Position numbers and translations under genes: made by a program. A stretch of DNA of 64,000 bases, from positions 42,224,001-42,288,000 of the forward strand of contig CM052816.1 of assembly GCA_028534125.1 (NCBI GenBank). Reading direction: 5' to 3'. Every line of letters starts with the position of its first letter. The stretch's first letter is position 1. Source of the stretch: Lama glama (lineage: Eukaryota). The notes under the pieces were generated by a model. That model made no database searches. It worked only from the letters and a program-made list of their open reading frames with translations, and had not been told where the DNA came from. Below are positions 48,550-61,182 of this stretch, in pieces.

Positions 48550-48751
48550 TAAAATGTTGATACTCAAGATAACCTCAAATGTCCCTTTCTCTTCAAAAAT
48601 GTTTGCATAAAAATATTCTATTTTTTACCATTCTCATTTTAACATTTAAATAGCCTTTTCTGCACAGATCAACAAAAGAAATTAGCTATAGGTAAGTTCT
48701 AGCGTGCCTGAGAGTGTCTTTTACCATGTGAGAATAAAAAACATAAGGAAA

Positions 48752-49090
48752 CTTTATGGTCACAAGGTGGCTGCCACAGCTCCAAGCATCACATTTCCAC
48801 AACTCAATGTCCAAAGCAGGGAGGATAGAAAGGGTAAAGACTTTTCTTATATATTTTTGTACTAAGGAGGGGAATCCTTCCCAGAAGTCTCTAAGGTCCC
48901 TTCCAATGGGAACTTCTTCTCAAGTCCCATTAGCCAGGACTGAATCACAGGCCTACACAGTAACAACAAAGGAGGAAGGAAAAACCAGTATTGAGCATTT
49001 TCAGTGCCTGCCATGAATGACAGGCTCTAACAGCAAGGAAGAAAGGGGAGAGAGAATTGTTCATTAGGAAACATACAGGGTCAGCCAGAA
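48752..49090 (-). mobile_element. MLT1-like LTR fragment
   Basis: 'atggtcacaaggtggctgccacagctccaagcatcacat...cccattagccaggactgaatcaca'. Confidence 0.75.
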
Positions 49091-49269
49091 GCCCCCCAAA
49101 AAAGTGACTTTAGAACCTTCGTAACAGACTCTGACAGCCTCCCTAGCAAGACACAGAGCAGGGTCTTCAGTGGATTCAGTGAGAGAGGATTTCAGATATA
49201 TCAATTTTTGTCAGTCAGGCCAACAACTTTGGTGTGGCCTAAGCAGTGTTACTTACAAGCTATATGCCA

Positions 49270-49427
49270 GTAAGTAATTAATTAATTATTTAGTATCCTT
49301 ACAGGGTTCAGTTTCCTTATCTATATAATAGATATAAAACTTACCTCATAGGTCTGTTTTGAGGATTTAATGAGAGAATGTGTGTAAAGTGCCTGACACA
49401 TAGTAGATGCACAATAAATGTTAGTTC
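49270..49427 (+). mobile_element. MIR 3' half
   Basis: 'ttcagtttccttatctata...cttacctcatagg...gtgcctgacacatagtagatgcacaataaatgttag'. Confidence 0.85.
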
Positions 49428-50334
49428 CCTCTCTTTCCTCTTCCTAACTTGCCCTTCTACTCCCCTTTCTTAGAAGGAGAATCCTTAACATAATTACTTC
49501 ATATTAATTATATATAACCTGTCTCCCTATCTCTCTCCATTTCCTAACTACATACTGCTTGGAAAGGAGCTGAGGGTAAACAATCCTTAAAGGCGGGTTA
49601 TTAATGCCCCGGCAGAGTCTATATTGTGATGCTGAGCTCTACTTTCTCAAGAATAAGCTGAGCAGACCTTGCCCTGGTGAGATTCCTCAGGACAAACATC
49701 TCAGAGACATGATCCCAGTGAGCTGGGAGGACTCTCTGAGGTTACTAATCTGTCCATGTTGTACAGAAACAATCATTACAAGGGAACTGGATTAGTGATG
49801 AAGGATATCTGGAGGTGACAGGAGGGTCTGGAGACCTGGAGATTACCCACCATTTATAAGAATCATCCCCCTTCCCTACCTCCTGTCCCAATAGGATAAT
49901 GGGTGTTGACCCATGTAGCTAGAAGAAATGTTCCAATCAAACAAAAACATTTATAGAGAACCTACCATGTAGAGTGATGAAGCTAGGCCAGCCCCCCACT
50001 TCTCTTCCCTGGCAGCCCCAAAGCATTCCCTACCCATCCAATGGCCACTTTTGAGCCATGAGACAAAGACACTGTGGAAGAGAAGCAACAAACAGTTTTG
50101 AAAAAGGACTCTTAGAAAGATACAGGGCCAGCTCCTGAGTGTGTAATGGAAGTAGATGAGGAAGGAAACAAAGAGATTTTTCTTGAGGAATGTGATTGTA
50201 TGCTAAGCCTACTCCTTTATGAGTTTAAGAAATACAATTTAAAATTTTGAGTTAAATTGAGAATACCTATTTGCTGTTGTTATATAGCTTAAACAATTCA
50301 CCACATGGCCATGGCATTACATACATTTAAAAAG

Positions 50335-50497
50335 TAGTAATGATGATACTATCTCATATTCACTGAGCACTCATCCTGTGCCACACATACGCTCTGTGCT
50401 CTGCACACATTTCTTCATTTACTTCTCCCAGTGCCCCTAAGCTAGTAGGAATACCTATTATCTCCATTTTCATCTTGACGAGACTGAGATTTGGAGC
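50335..50497 (-). mobile_element. MIR fragment
   Basis: 'tcactgagcactcatcctgtgcca...ctattatctccattttcatcttgacgagactgagatt'. Confidence 0.7.
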
Positions 50498-50694
50498 CTA
50501 TCTGTTATGGGCTCAGTGTAAATTTCACCTGACACTGCCCCAGCTAGGTCATGCCTGTGTATTTATTGCCCGAGGCTTCTGTGCTTATCTCTAGGGTTAC
50601 ACATCAGGCTGTATTAAAATGAGCTTTTAAGTGGTCTTTCTCCTCAGCTGGTTTGAGGCATCTGCCTTTGGATCCTAAACCTAGCACAATGAAG

Positions 50695-50935
50695 GAGTTA
50701 GATAAATACACAAATATAGATTGAACCAATGAACAAATAAACTAGAAAATAGGCAATATAAGGAGTGCTAAGTTCAGAAAAGTGGAGGTAACCACTGACT
50801 GCAGAGGTTGGGAAAGGCTTTGGGGATGAGACAGAGCCTGAGCCAAGCTTAAAAGAGGGAGAGAATTTAATGTGTAGGGAAAATGGGAGAGGATTCTGGG
50901 AGGAGCATATTATTTTAGCAAAGGCCAAATGCCTA
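50695..50935. mobile_element. L2 fragment
   Basis: 'gggaaaggctttggggatgagacagagcctgagccaagcttaaaag'. Confidence 0.65.
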
Positions 50936-51384
50936 CAATGTTTTTGGGTACTAATTCTACCTCTCCAACAGAGTATTTTTAGTTGCATAGTTCATTATGT
51001 CATAGCATAAATAAGCGTACTACATTATTTTCATGTCAGCAGCCCCTTCTCCTGGACCACAGGCATGAAATATGGCCCCTGCTTCATTACGATATTTTTC
51101 TGCATACAACCCACTGAATGTATAAAACTGCAGTGAAGTCAAAATTCCCATGGATAGCTTGCATCCAATCATTTACACTTCATTAAAAAAATTCAATAGG
51201 GAAAAATGGTCAATGTTCACAATGTTAATTAACTAATCAAATACAGATTACTCTGCAAAAAATAAAGTATATATGGAATGCCAAATGACCACACACACAC
51301 ACAAAAATTAGTGTAAGTCACACAGTGTCCCCAAAATGACAGACTTTTGAACCCAGGCTAAATATTTAAAGAACTAATAAAGCT

Positions 51385-52412
51385 AGAGCATAAAGCACTT
51401 CTATTGCATCCCAAAGTACAATGGATGAAAAGAATTCATGAGGAAAAGCAATTTGTTTGAGTTGCAAGCTAAACTAGTCTCTTTTGTCATGGAACACTAT
51501 TTTTATTTGAAAGAGTAACTGACAGGAAAACTATGGTTATTGAGACCTGAGCATTTAGCAAGTATTTTCTTAAAAATAAATAAAGTGAGCCTGTGACTCC
51601 GAAAACAACTGGCAGTATTTGATGCCAATGACAAAATGAGCTTTCAAACCAAAATTAGAATTTTAGAAACATATCTGCTATCATGATCTTGACAGCTTTC
51701 CAATACTTAAAGACTTTACCATATGTGATTTTTTTAAAAAAGTTATGTGAAGAAATATGTAAACATTTGGAGGATCTGCATAACTCAGTAAACCAATATT
51801 TTTCAAATAACCAATGCATGATACAAAATCATGCATGGGTAAAAGATCCTCTCAAAGTTCATGATAGACCAATGGATTTTAATGTAACAGAATATGAAAA
51901 GTTTATTGATATGATTTCAGATCCATATTGCAACTAACCTTTAAGAAACTACCACTTGTCAAGTTTTAATGTAGTATCAGGGAAAATATCCACATTTATC
52001 TAAAAAACAACAATGAAATTACCTATGCAAGGCTGAGATTTCCTCATTTGCTTTAAATGAAATATATACCATAGATCGGTGAAAAAGCAGAGATGATAAA
52101 CCAGCTACTTTCTCACAACCAGCTGTTAAAGAGATTGCAAAATATAAAACAAGGCCTCTGTTCTCACTAAATTTTCTGTTTGGGGAAAATAAAGAGATTT
52201 TTAAATAAAAATGTTATTTGTGTTAGCATACAATGGGTTTAGAATTATTATTTTTTAATAATATATAAATAAATATTTTTTAACTTCTCAGTTTTAAGTA
52301 ATAATATGGCAAATATGAATAGCTGTAATCTACACAATCAAAAACTCTTTAGAGTCTGCAATAATATTTAAGGGCATAAAGGTCCTCAGACCAAAAAGTT
52401 TTGAGAACTTTT
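51385..52412 (+). mobile_element. Charlie1-like hAT DNA transposon, 3' part with decayed transposase
   Basis: 'aaactatggttattgagacctgagcatttagcaag...'; ORF 51683-51937 'EEICKHLEDLHNSVNQYF...WVKDP' is Buster/Charlie-like; terminus 'cctcagaccaaaaagttttgagaac'. Confidence 0.85.
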
Positions 52413-52799
52413 GCTGTACAGTATTTCACTGTGAGCAAGGATTTAATTTTAACAGTAACTTCTGGGAATATACTTGAGATAGTATATATTTAGCTTAATT
52501 TCCTCATCTGGCCCTTCTGCTTGTGGTTTCTGCTTCTCTCCAACCCTTCTTGCACTGGGCCAATCAGATCATCGTTCAGTCCAGTACTTACAGTGGCTGT
52601 TACATCAGGTGCACTTTCTTCCTCCTGGCAGGAATATCCCAGAAGGCTTTACCAAGAATGTGGGACTGTGCTGTGGCTTTAAGGATTTGGCCAGAAGGAG
52701 GTCAGAGGAGGACAGAGCAAACTAGAGCAATGTAAGCAAAAGACTTTTTCTTGGATTATGGATACAGTTTCCTGGGTTTCTCAGTTTAACAGCATCTTC

Positions 52800-53070
52800 T
52801 AACACCAAATATAAAACATTCTCCCTGTGTCTCTGTAAGACATAACCCTATTTTATTCTCGTCAAAATGCCTGACACTACCTGGTTTTTTCTTTGATTTT
52901 TATTCCTTTATTTTCATTCTTCTTCACTGCCTTCCCCAGAATATGAGCTCCAAGATTACAGAGACCTTGTCTGTCTTGTTCATTGATTAGAATTCTTTCT
53001 GGTAAAAAAAAAAAACAACTCTTTCTGGGACACAACAGGTACCCAATAAATACTTGTTGAACAGATCAAT
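52800..53070. mobile_element. L2 3' region
   Basis: 'agaatatgagctccaag...gaccttgtctgtcttgttcattg...caataaatacttgttgaa'. Confidence 0.75.
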
Positions 53071-53894
53071 CATCTTCACTTCTGAAATCTATTTATTTTG
53101 CAATTCATAAAAGGTAAATGAAACCTCCAAGATCTAAAATTCTATTTTATTTCATGAGATATTAGGCTTTCCCCATTTGAGGATATAAGAAAATAACAGC
53201 ATAAAGTATTCTACAAAATTTCCAGGAGCTATAGTTTTGAATTAAAATATTGTCTTTCCTTTTCTTGGTCTCATCCCATTATTCTTAGTCATATAAACAG
53301 TTGCTGCTAAATAATTTCACAACTCCCTGGAAATTCATGACTTATGAATAGTAGATTTTCATGATGTCTCTTCTAAATTATTTCTTATTCAAGCAATATA
53401 TATTTACCAATCTACATATTTCATTATAAATCACATTCTATTCCTTAAATGTCTTCAACTCATGTAGATTTTTAGATTTAATCTTCTTGTGTAAAATAGC
53501 ACACTTCCTGAGACTGGCTTTTAAGACTTCTAAAGCTAGAAGACAGTATTTTATTTATATGTTGCCAGCATGCCCTATATGTACCAACATAATAAGATCC
53601 CCAAGATATGCTATTAAGTAGATATAAACCAAGAGATAAGAACAAAGTATATACACTGTTCTATTTGTATTTTCTTTTAAAGAAAAGATACATAGTTCTT
53701 TAAATATTTGCATATGTGTAGATTGGCTCTGAAAGAAAACAACAGAAAACTGAAGAAGATGGTTCCCTCTTGGGAAGGGGATGGGAAGACTGGGGTAAAG
53801 AGTAGGAGACTGACCTTTTAATATGTTCTCTTTGATATCTTTTGAAATTTGTTTGTATTACTTAATTATTTAATATTAAGGAAAAAAATTTATA

Positions 53895-56812
53895 GGTAAA
53901 AGTGCATCCATATGCACCAACTGTAAGACAGAGAATAGTAGTGTGGTTTAAAAAACATGAACCAACTATGTGTTGCCTACAATAAACTCACTTCAAATAT
54001 AATATAGGTAGGGTGAAAATAGAAGGATAGAAAAAGATAATTATGCAAACATAATCAAAACAAAGCAGGAGTAGCTATATTAATATTACATAAAGCAAAC
54101 TTCAGAGCACAGATTTACCAGAGACAGAGAGTGACATTGACATAATGACAAAAGGATCAATCTACCAGTAAGACATGGCAATTCCAGATGTGTACGCACC
54201 AAACAGCATAGCTATAAAATATCTGAAGCAAAAACTAGTGGAACTGAAAGGACAAACAGGCAAATCTACAACTATAACTGGACACTTCAATGTCCCTCTC
54301 TCAACAATTAGTAGAACAACTACACAGAAAACCAGCAAGAGTATAAAATTTTCAAAATACCATCAACCAACAGAATCTAATCAACATTTATGGAACAGTC
54401 TACTCAACAATAGCAGAATTCACATTCTTTTCAAAAGCCATGGAACATACACCAAGGTAGATCATATCATAGGCCATAAAACAAACCTCAACAAATTTAA
54501 ATCACACAGTGTGTTCCCTGACCACAATGGATGCAAACTAGAAATCAATAACAGAAAGAAAAATAATACACTTCTAATGAATCCATAGGTCAAAGAAGAA
54601 GTCTCAAGAGAAATTAAAAATTACATTTAACTAAATGAAAATGAAAGTATAACACATAAAAATTTGGGAGACACAACTAAAGCAATGCTGAGAGGGAAAT
54701 TTATAGCACTAAATGATTACATTAGAAAAGAGGAAAAGTCTCAAATCAATAATCTAAGCTCTTACCTCATGATACCTAGAAAAAGAAGAGAAAAATAAAC
54801 CCAAAATAATAATTAATAAAGATCAGAAAGAAAAAGAGAAGCCACAACTTAGTAATATCAGAAATTAAACAAGGGATATCACAACATATAATGGGTAATA
54901 CAGGAGTACTGTGAATAACATGTAACTGGTCAGACATGACCACTTACATATGTAAAATTATGGACCAACTCTGAAAAGCACAAAGTACTATAACTAACTC
55001 ATTATTAAACAGATAATTGGTATAGCCCAGTAACTATAAAGGAAATTGAATTCATAATTTAAAAGCTCCAAAAAGAAGTCTCCAGGTCCAGATGATTTCA
55101 CTGGAGAATTCTTCCAAATATTTACAGAAGAATTTACACCAATTTTATAGAATCTCTTCCAGAGACAGAAGAGGAAAGAACACTACCAATTTATTTTATG
55201 AAGCTAGATACCAGACAAAGTGAGTATAAGAAAAGAAAACTACAGGATAAGATCACTCTTGTCAAAGTCCTTAAGAAAGCATTAACAAATTAAATTCAGC
55301 AATAAATAAAAGACTATATACCAGGATCACATGCAATGTGAGTTCAATATTTGAAAATCAGTCAATGTATGGTAGTCAATCTATCATAGTAATAGTCTAA
55401 TGAAAAAAAAAATCACATGATTATATAACCTGATAAGAAAAAGTATTTGACAAAATTCAACACCCATTCATGATTAAAAGCTCTCAGAAAATTAGGAATA
55501 GAGGGAAACTTCCTCAACTTGATATAGCTAATCTTATTGTTAATGACGAAAGGCTTAATGCTTTCCCCCAAGATCAGAAACAAGGCAAAAACATCTACAC
55601 TCTCATTCAACATACTACTGGAAATTCTAGATAGTACAATAAAGCAAGAAAAGGAAATAAAAGGCATGCTGATCAAAAAGAAAGAAATGACTATTTGCAG
55701 ACGACATGATTGTCTACACAGAAAATCCCAAGGAATCTGCAAGAAAACTTTTAGTAATACTATGTGAGTTCAGCAAAAGCACAGGATACAAAATAAACAT
55801 ACAGAAATCAATTCCATTTCTATATACTAGCAATGAACACCAAAATTTAAAAATATTATACCAATTAGAATCATTAAAATAAAAAACCCAAATATTTAGG
55901 TGTAAACCTAACAAAACTTGTATAGGATTTGTATGCTGAAAACTACAAAATGCTAATAAAAAGAAATCAAAGAAGATTTAAACAAATGTAGAGACATACC
56001 ATGTCTCTGGACTTAGTAAAATATTAATTCTCCTTAAATTAATATATAGGTTTAATCCAATTCTTATCAAAATCCTACCAGAAATTTTTTAGATATTGGC
56101 AAGATCATTCTTCCTACAATGTATGTGGAAAGGCAAAGGAACTAGAATAGCTTTTTAAAAAAATTTTTAAGAAGAGTAAGGGGGGAGAAAACAGTCTACT
56201 CAATGTTAAGATGTATTGTGTAGCTAAAATAATCAAAAACTGTGTGGTTTTTGTGGAGAGATAGACATACAGATCAATGGAACAGGATAGAAAACCTCAA
56301 AATACACCTACACAAATATGCCCAAATGACTTGACTAAAGTGCAAAAACAATTTAATGGAGGAAGAATAGCCTTTTCAACCAATGGTGCTAGAGCAACTG
56401 GATAATCTATAAGGAAAATAAATAAGAACCTCAACCTACACATCTTATACAAAAATTAATCCAAAATGGATTACAGACTTAAATAGAAAATTTTAAAGTA
56501 CATTACCTTTTAACTAGTAGGGAAAAAAACAGGAGAAAATCTTTAGGACTGAGATCTAAGCAAAGAGTACTTAGACTCTATATCAAAAGCACAATCCACA
56601 AAAGGAAAAATTGATAAGCTGTACTCCATCAAAATGAAAACTTTTTCTCTGCAAAAGACTATAAAAAGAATAAAAAGACAGACTGGAAGAAAATATTTGC
56701 AAACTACATATCAAACAAAGGCCTTCTATATAGGATGTATAAAAAACCTTATAAAATCAAACAGTGAAAAAACTATCCAATTAGAAAATACATAAAAGAC
56801 ATGAAGATGTGT
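53895..56812 (+). mobile_element. Old L1 ORF2 segment (~2.9 kb; endonuclease through RT to C-terminus), heavily disrupted
   Basis: ORF fragments 'VYAPNSIAIKYLKQKL...GHFNVPLS...HGTYTKVDHIIGHKTNLNKFK...FPDHNGCKLEINNR' (EN) and 'LSFNILLEILDSTIKQEKEIKG' (RT). Confidence 0.95.
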
Positions 56813-58039
56813 TTCTTCTTGTCACAGCAGTTGTTTGCAGAAGACTTGAATTTAAAGACTTACTAAAAATACATGCAAAGATGTATTTCACCACATGCTA
56901 GAGGGGGAACTGAAAAAAGAAACAGGCTAGACTTTGGAACTCCTATTCTTGATATTATTTAGGACTAAATAATCCAAAACGTATAGATGCTGAACTAATA
57001 AATTATAGGCCAACCTCTGTGGGTATAACTTCCCAATATGGTACTCCCATTGTCAATCCCAGGAGGGGTCTGGACTCAAAATGTAGAGACTAAGGGGAGC
57101 AGGACTTTCTCTGGTGAGAAGAAAAATTCTCTTCTTTACAGGGGCCTCTTGGGAATATTTAAACACTACCAAACTGAGATAGAGAGTGAGAAACTCCTTT
57201 AGCAGCCCTGAGGCAGCGGGTCCTAGAGTCTTCATCCAGGATGTAAATTATTCTGTGTGGTCCTTCCCAGCATTACTGGGCCCACCTCCCACACTGGGTG
57301 AAGTTTTGTGGCAATTTGCAGCCTGGTCTCTGCTGAGTGGAATTAGAAGAATTGGTTTTTGCTTTGAACTGAGTAACTCAGGGTACAGAGAAGATTCTCA
57401 CCCCCACCAACATCAAGTTGGAGACGTGGTAAAAAAACATCTTTGTGCATCAACCTCACAAGGGTCACTGACAAGAGAGGCAATGTGTGGTGGCTTTGCA
57501 GACAGCCCAAATGGAAGAACACAGAAGACCTGCTTATCCTGTACATTCTCAAGAGAGCACCCTTGGGAACATAGGTAAAGTTAGTGGAACCACTGAGAGA
57601 GGGGTCAATTTCAGTTGGTCTCTGAGACAGGAGCTCACACCACTTGGGCATTTAAAGGAAATAAGATAATATTTTGCAGTCATTGGTTGTTCGGGCTGGG
57701 ATATTTGGGTTTCACTAAGTTAAGAGAAAAGATCACTCTCCCCTTTTCAATAACATGATGTCTTTTCATTAGAAGCCTGAAATAGCAGGGTTTTTCTCTG
57801 CTCTTCCATTCCTTTGAAACCCTACTCATAATTAGCTTCCCACAACTCCTCCTCAGTTTCTTCCACCGTTACTCATCATCCTGGTCTATTTGTGTTACAG
57901 ATTATGATTCTCAACCTCCATTGGTTTCACCAAGTTTAGTACCATTTTGTTATTTTAAGTCCATATTGCTAATCTTTGGGGAATATACATACTTCTCCCT
58001 TATTACTATTTCAATGCTTCCAAGTTAATCTATGCTCAC

Positions 58040-58510
58040 AGAGGTTCTTCATCTGAGGTGTGTGGCTATGAAGATTCATGGATAAAATTCAAGCTATCCA
58101 TCAGTTTGGACAAAAATAAATTTCACATCTTTATTTTTATTAACTTCTAACTGAAATTGAGCATTTCTTTCTATTATTAAGGTAAGTAACAAATCACAAT
58201 GAAGTAAATGGAACATAGCAACTACTATTATTCTAATTGCTTCAGGTATCTCAAAATTAACTTATGTTCATCACTAGTTTAAGTTATTGTTGTTATCAGA
58301 TGTGCCACTAGATCTTGTTATTTAATATGTTTATAATGAAGCACATAGGTCACAAATTTTTAAAATATTTTGATTACCCTTTCAGTATAATTGGTTTCTT
58401 CTGTAACCTTATATTTTTTATGCAAAAAAAATTATCCTAAGAAGGGATTCATAGGCTTAACTAAACTGTCCCAGAGAATAACAGAACAAAAATGACTTTA
58501 AACTCTTGGA
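58040..58510. mobile_element. hAT-Charlie-like non-autonomous element
   Basis: 'cagaggttcttcatctg...catggataaaattcaag...agtataattggtttcttctgtaacc...gaagggattcataggctt'. Confidence 0.6.
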
Positions 58511-58519
58511 ATGGCCAAA

Positions 58520-58935
58520 AGTCTCTACAACATAATAGCAAAAAGATTAAAAGCAACCTAAACACTCAATAACAGAAGATTAGTGAAAGTAATTGTGATA
58601 TATACAGACAGTAGAATATTATGTAGTCCTAAATAAACTTCTGTAGAACACTATTTAATGGCTTACATGTATAATATCACAATATGTTTTATGTAAAAGA
58701 AAAGGTTGTACATCTTCATCTTTTGTAAATCATACATACATACACATATATACATACCTACAATACATATATACAGAAAACATGTATCCAGACACACAAA
58801 AGTGCTGATGGTGATTACTTATAGTTGGTAGGAACTGTAGGTAATCTTTTTGCTTGTCTCATTTGTAAAAAGTTTCTATCCACTTGTAATTATTTTTGCA
58901 AGAAAATTTTATTAAGTTATTATCTTTAAATAAAG
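58520..58935 (+). mobile_element. L1ME-like 3' fragment with (CATA)n-like low complexity
   Basis: 'aatagcaaaaagattaaaagcaacctaaacactcaataacagaagattag...gtagaatattatgtagtc'. Confidence 0.65.
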
Positions 58936-59739
58936 CCTAAGAACATGTACAAAAAGATATGTTATTCTTACCTCTGATCAGCTGTTTGTATATTCATTCA
59001 ACAGATAAACCTCAGTTCAATGGTCAATGTTAAAGAATGAATTAATGCTATCTATAGAATCCATTATCATTATAAAGAAAAATCTACTTATTTTCATACA
59101 ATGATTCAGCAGCTGAACCAGTAGAAATTTTAATTAAGCAGTATTTATCAACTTTCGAGGCTATGGGATCTGAAGTAAATTGTCATTAGCACAAGTATCA
59201 GATACTCATTCCTTTCAAAATTGTGTCCCACCAATCAAATAATTTTGTCTTCACAAAGTCCTTTTTGCTTTATTTTGTTTTGCCAATTGGCATTTTTGCT
59301 TTTTGAGTATCTTATAACAAACTAAAAATAAATTTAGATCCTCTAATACAAATTCTCCTATTAAAAGTTAGCATATTTTATAATACTACATATTTCTGAA
59401 TTCACTTTCCCCGAGACAGAAATTTTTTTCCTCTATGATTGTGCCACACTATATAATTTTGAATGATTCTGAATCAGATTGTCACTAGAAAAAATATTCA
59501 CTGTTATTTTATTTTCATACTTGGGTATTAAGAATTCCAAAATGCCTATCATATCCCTTATATGCTTGCTAGTATTTTGTTAGTTGAAAGAAATATGCTA
59601 GATTTTAGTAATGCTCCTAAATGAGGTTTCATGACTTTGAAATATAGCTCTTCTGAAAGCAGACATTCATCTAATATGCAAGCTGTGACTATAAAGTAAT
59701 TGACCTGATATTATTGTTTTTGTTCATAAAAGCACCACA

Positions 59740-60475
59740 ATTTAAATGGGAAATGAATGTCATCCCCTCTAAGCAGTCACCCCATACAAACCTTGATGAC
59801 AACTGCCTTTCTTCGGAACAGTCCTAGGACCTTTCTTTTGGATTTGCCTTTACTCTGTTCCTTTTTTTTTTTTTTTTAAACAAATGTCTTTAAATGTAGC
59901 CAAGTCTTATCCTTTAAAGTTAGATTTGCTCTTCATCAATAGCTAAAAGTAATCTAGGGTAGGAGATGGGGCCCTGGGTGCACCTGGTTAAAAAAAAAAA
60001 GTGAATGTGACAAAGCGATTGGGGGAATGCAGTTTGACACTCTAAATTAGGGGTGACATTTTAAATATTCAGCCAGAGGTATGGCAGGACACAGATCAAT
60101 CAGAAGAGATGTCACTAGAGCAAAGGACTAGAGGACTCTGATCAAGATCCAACAATGAACTCTATAGTAGCAGGATTGTGAGGCTTTCTACAGAATCCAA
60201 CAGGAAACTGTAGCAGAAGTTGACTGCTTCTTTAGGGGATGACTGGGTACTTGGCGGTTTCTGAGCTGTTGCATTAACGGACAAAGGAGATTTGGGTTAT
60301 TTCAATGTCTGCTGAATCTTGGTCCTTCAAAAAAGGAAAGAAGCCAGTGCTGTTTCTGTGTGGTTCCAGCATTCACTCTGAAGGCATTGCCCAAAAGTTG
60401 TTTGAAGGTGTGAGAGTAACAGCAGCAATATTAGAACAAATGTATAGGATCCCAGGATAATAATTTTGAAGAGTA
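59740..60475. mobile_element. MARNA-like (TcMar-Mariner) element with long degenerate inverted arms
   Basis: Left arm 'aagcagtcacc...cttttggatttgcctt'; right arm 'gaaggcattgcccaaaag...cagcagcaatattagaacaaatgtataggatcccaggataataattttgaag'. Confidence 0.6.
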
Positions 60476-60984
60476 CTTCTTATCTGAATATTTAGATTCT
60501 CTAAACCCATTAAAAGCAGACACCACGCTTTTTTTACTTTTTCTCCCTAGCACCTAACACAATGCTTAGGATACAGTAGTTACTTAAAAAATATTTGTTG
60601 AATGAATGGCATGTTTTCTAAAGAATAACTAACTTCCAAGTAAAATCTCATCTTTAAGGCTTTTAAACAGTATTTTTTATTTTTTAGACCCATAAATAGT
60701 CTTCGTTTTCTTGGAAATAATTCTAAAAATCTCTTTGAAGAAAGAAACCCACCAATATTTATCCCTGACTTGAAACCTTTTGGATAGCTGCCTACCTCTC
60801 TCTGGAAAGCAGTCCTTTGGAATGCTCTTCTAATTATTTCATAACTTGAAAAACCACAGGTAGCTGTGAGTCTGTCTTTAACTCCTTGAAGTTCCTATTA
60901 TTTCTAGCCAGAGTCTCTTTTAGCAGAGAGGACTTGAGCTTTCCCAAGATTAGGGCTCCTATACCATGGCTACTGGCCAATATT

Positions 60985-61182
60985 TATCAGGTGATGGGTG
61001 TCTAATACTGTGCACTTAATACATCAGCTTCTTCTCCTAATAACTTCTTTTATAGCTGAGGAAATTGAGTCCCAGATAGTTAAGCAACTTCCCCACATTT
61101 TCATAGCTAGCAAATGGTGAAGGTATATTTGAATCCAAGCAACTTGATTCCAGAGCTGAGCACCCTTGACCAACACAGTATA
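60985..61182 (-). mobile_element. MIR SINE
   Basis: 'tttatagctgaggaaattgagtcccagatagttaagcaactt...atttgaatccaagcaacttgattccagagc'. Confidence 0.85.

Noticed and set aside
51683..51937. Transposase-like ORF resembling ZBED/Buster proteins
   Set aside because: Short remnant within a frameshifted Charlie1-like fossil; no sign of domestication
54175..55767. ORFs with endonuclease- and RT-like motifs
   Set aside because: Fragments of a decayed L1 ORF2 with many stops and frameshifts; not a functional gene or a novel RT system
57050..57700. GC-richer block with overlapping ORFs
   Set aside because: Probably an old LTR-type fragment, but I could not assign a family or support a coding role
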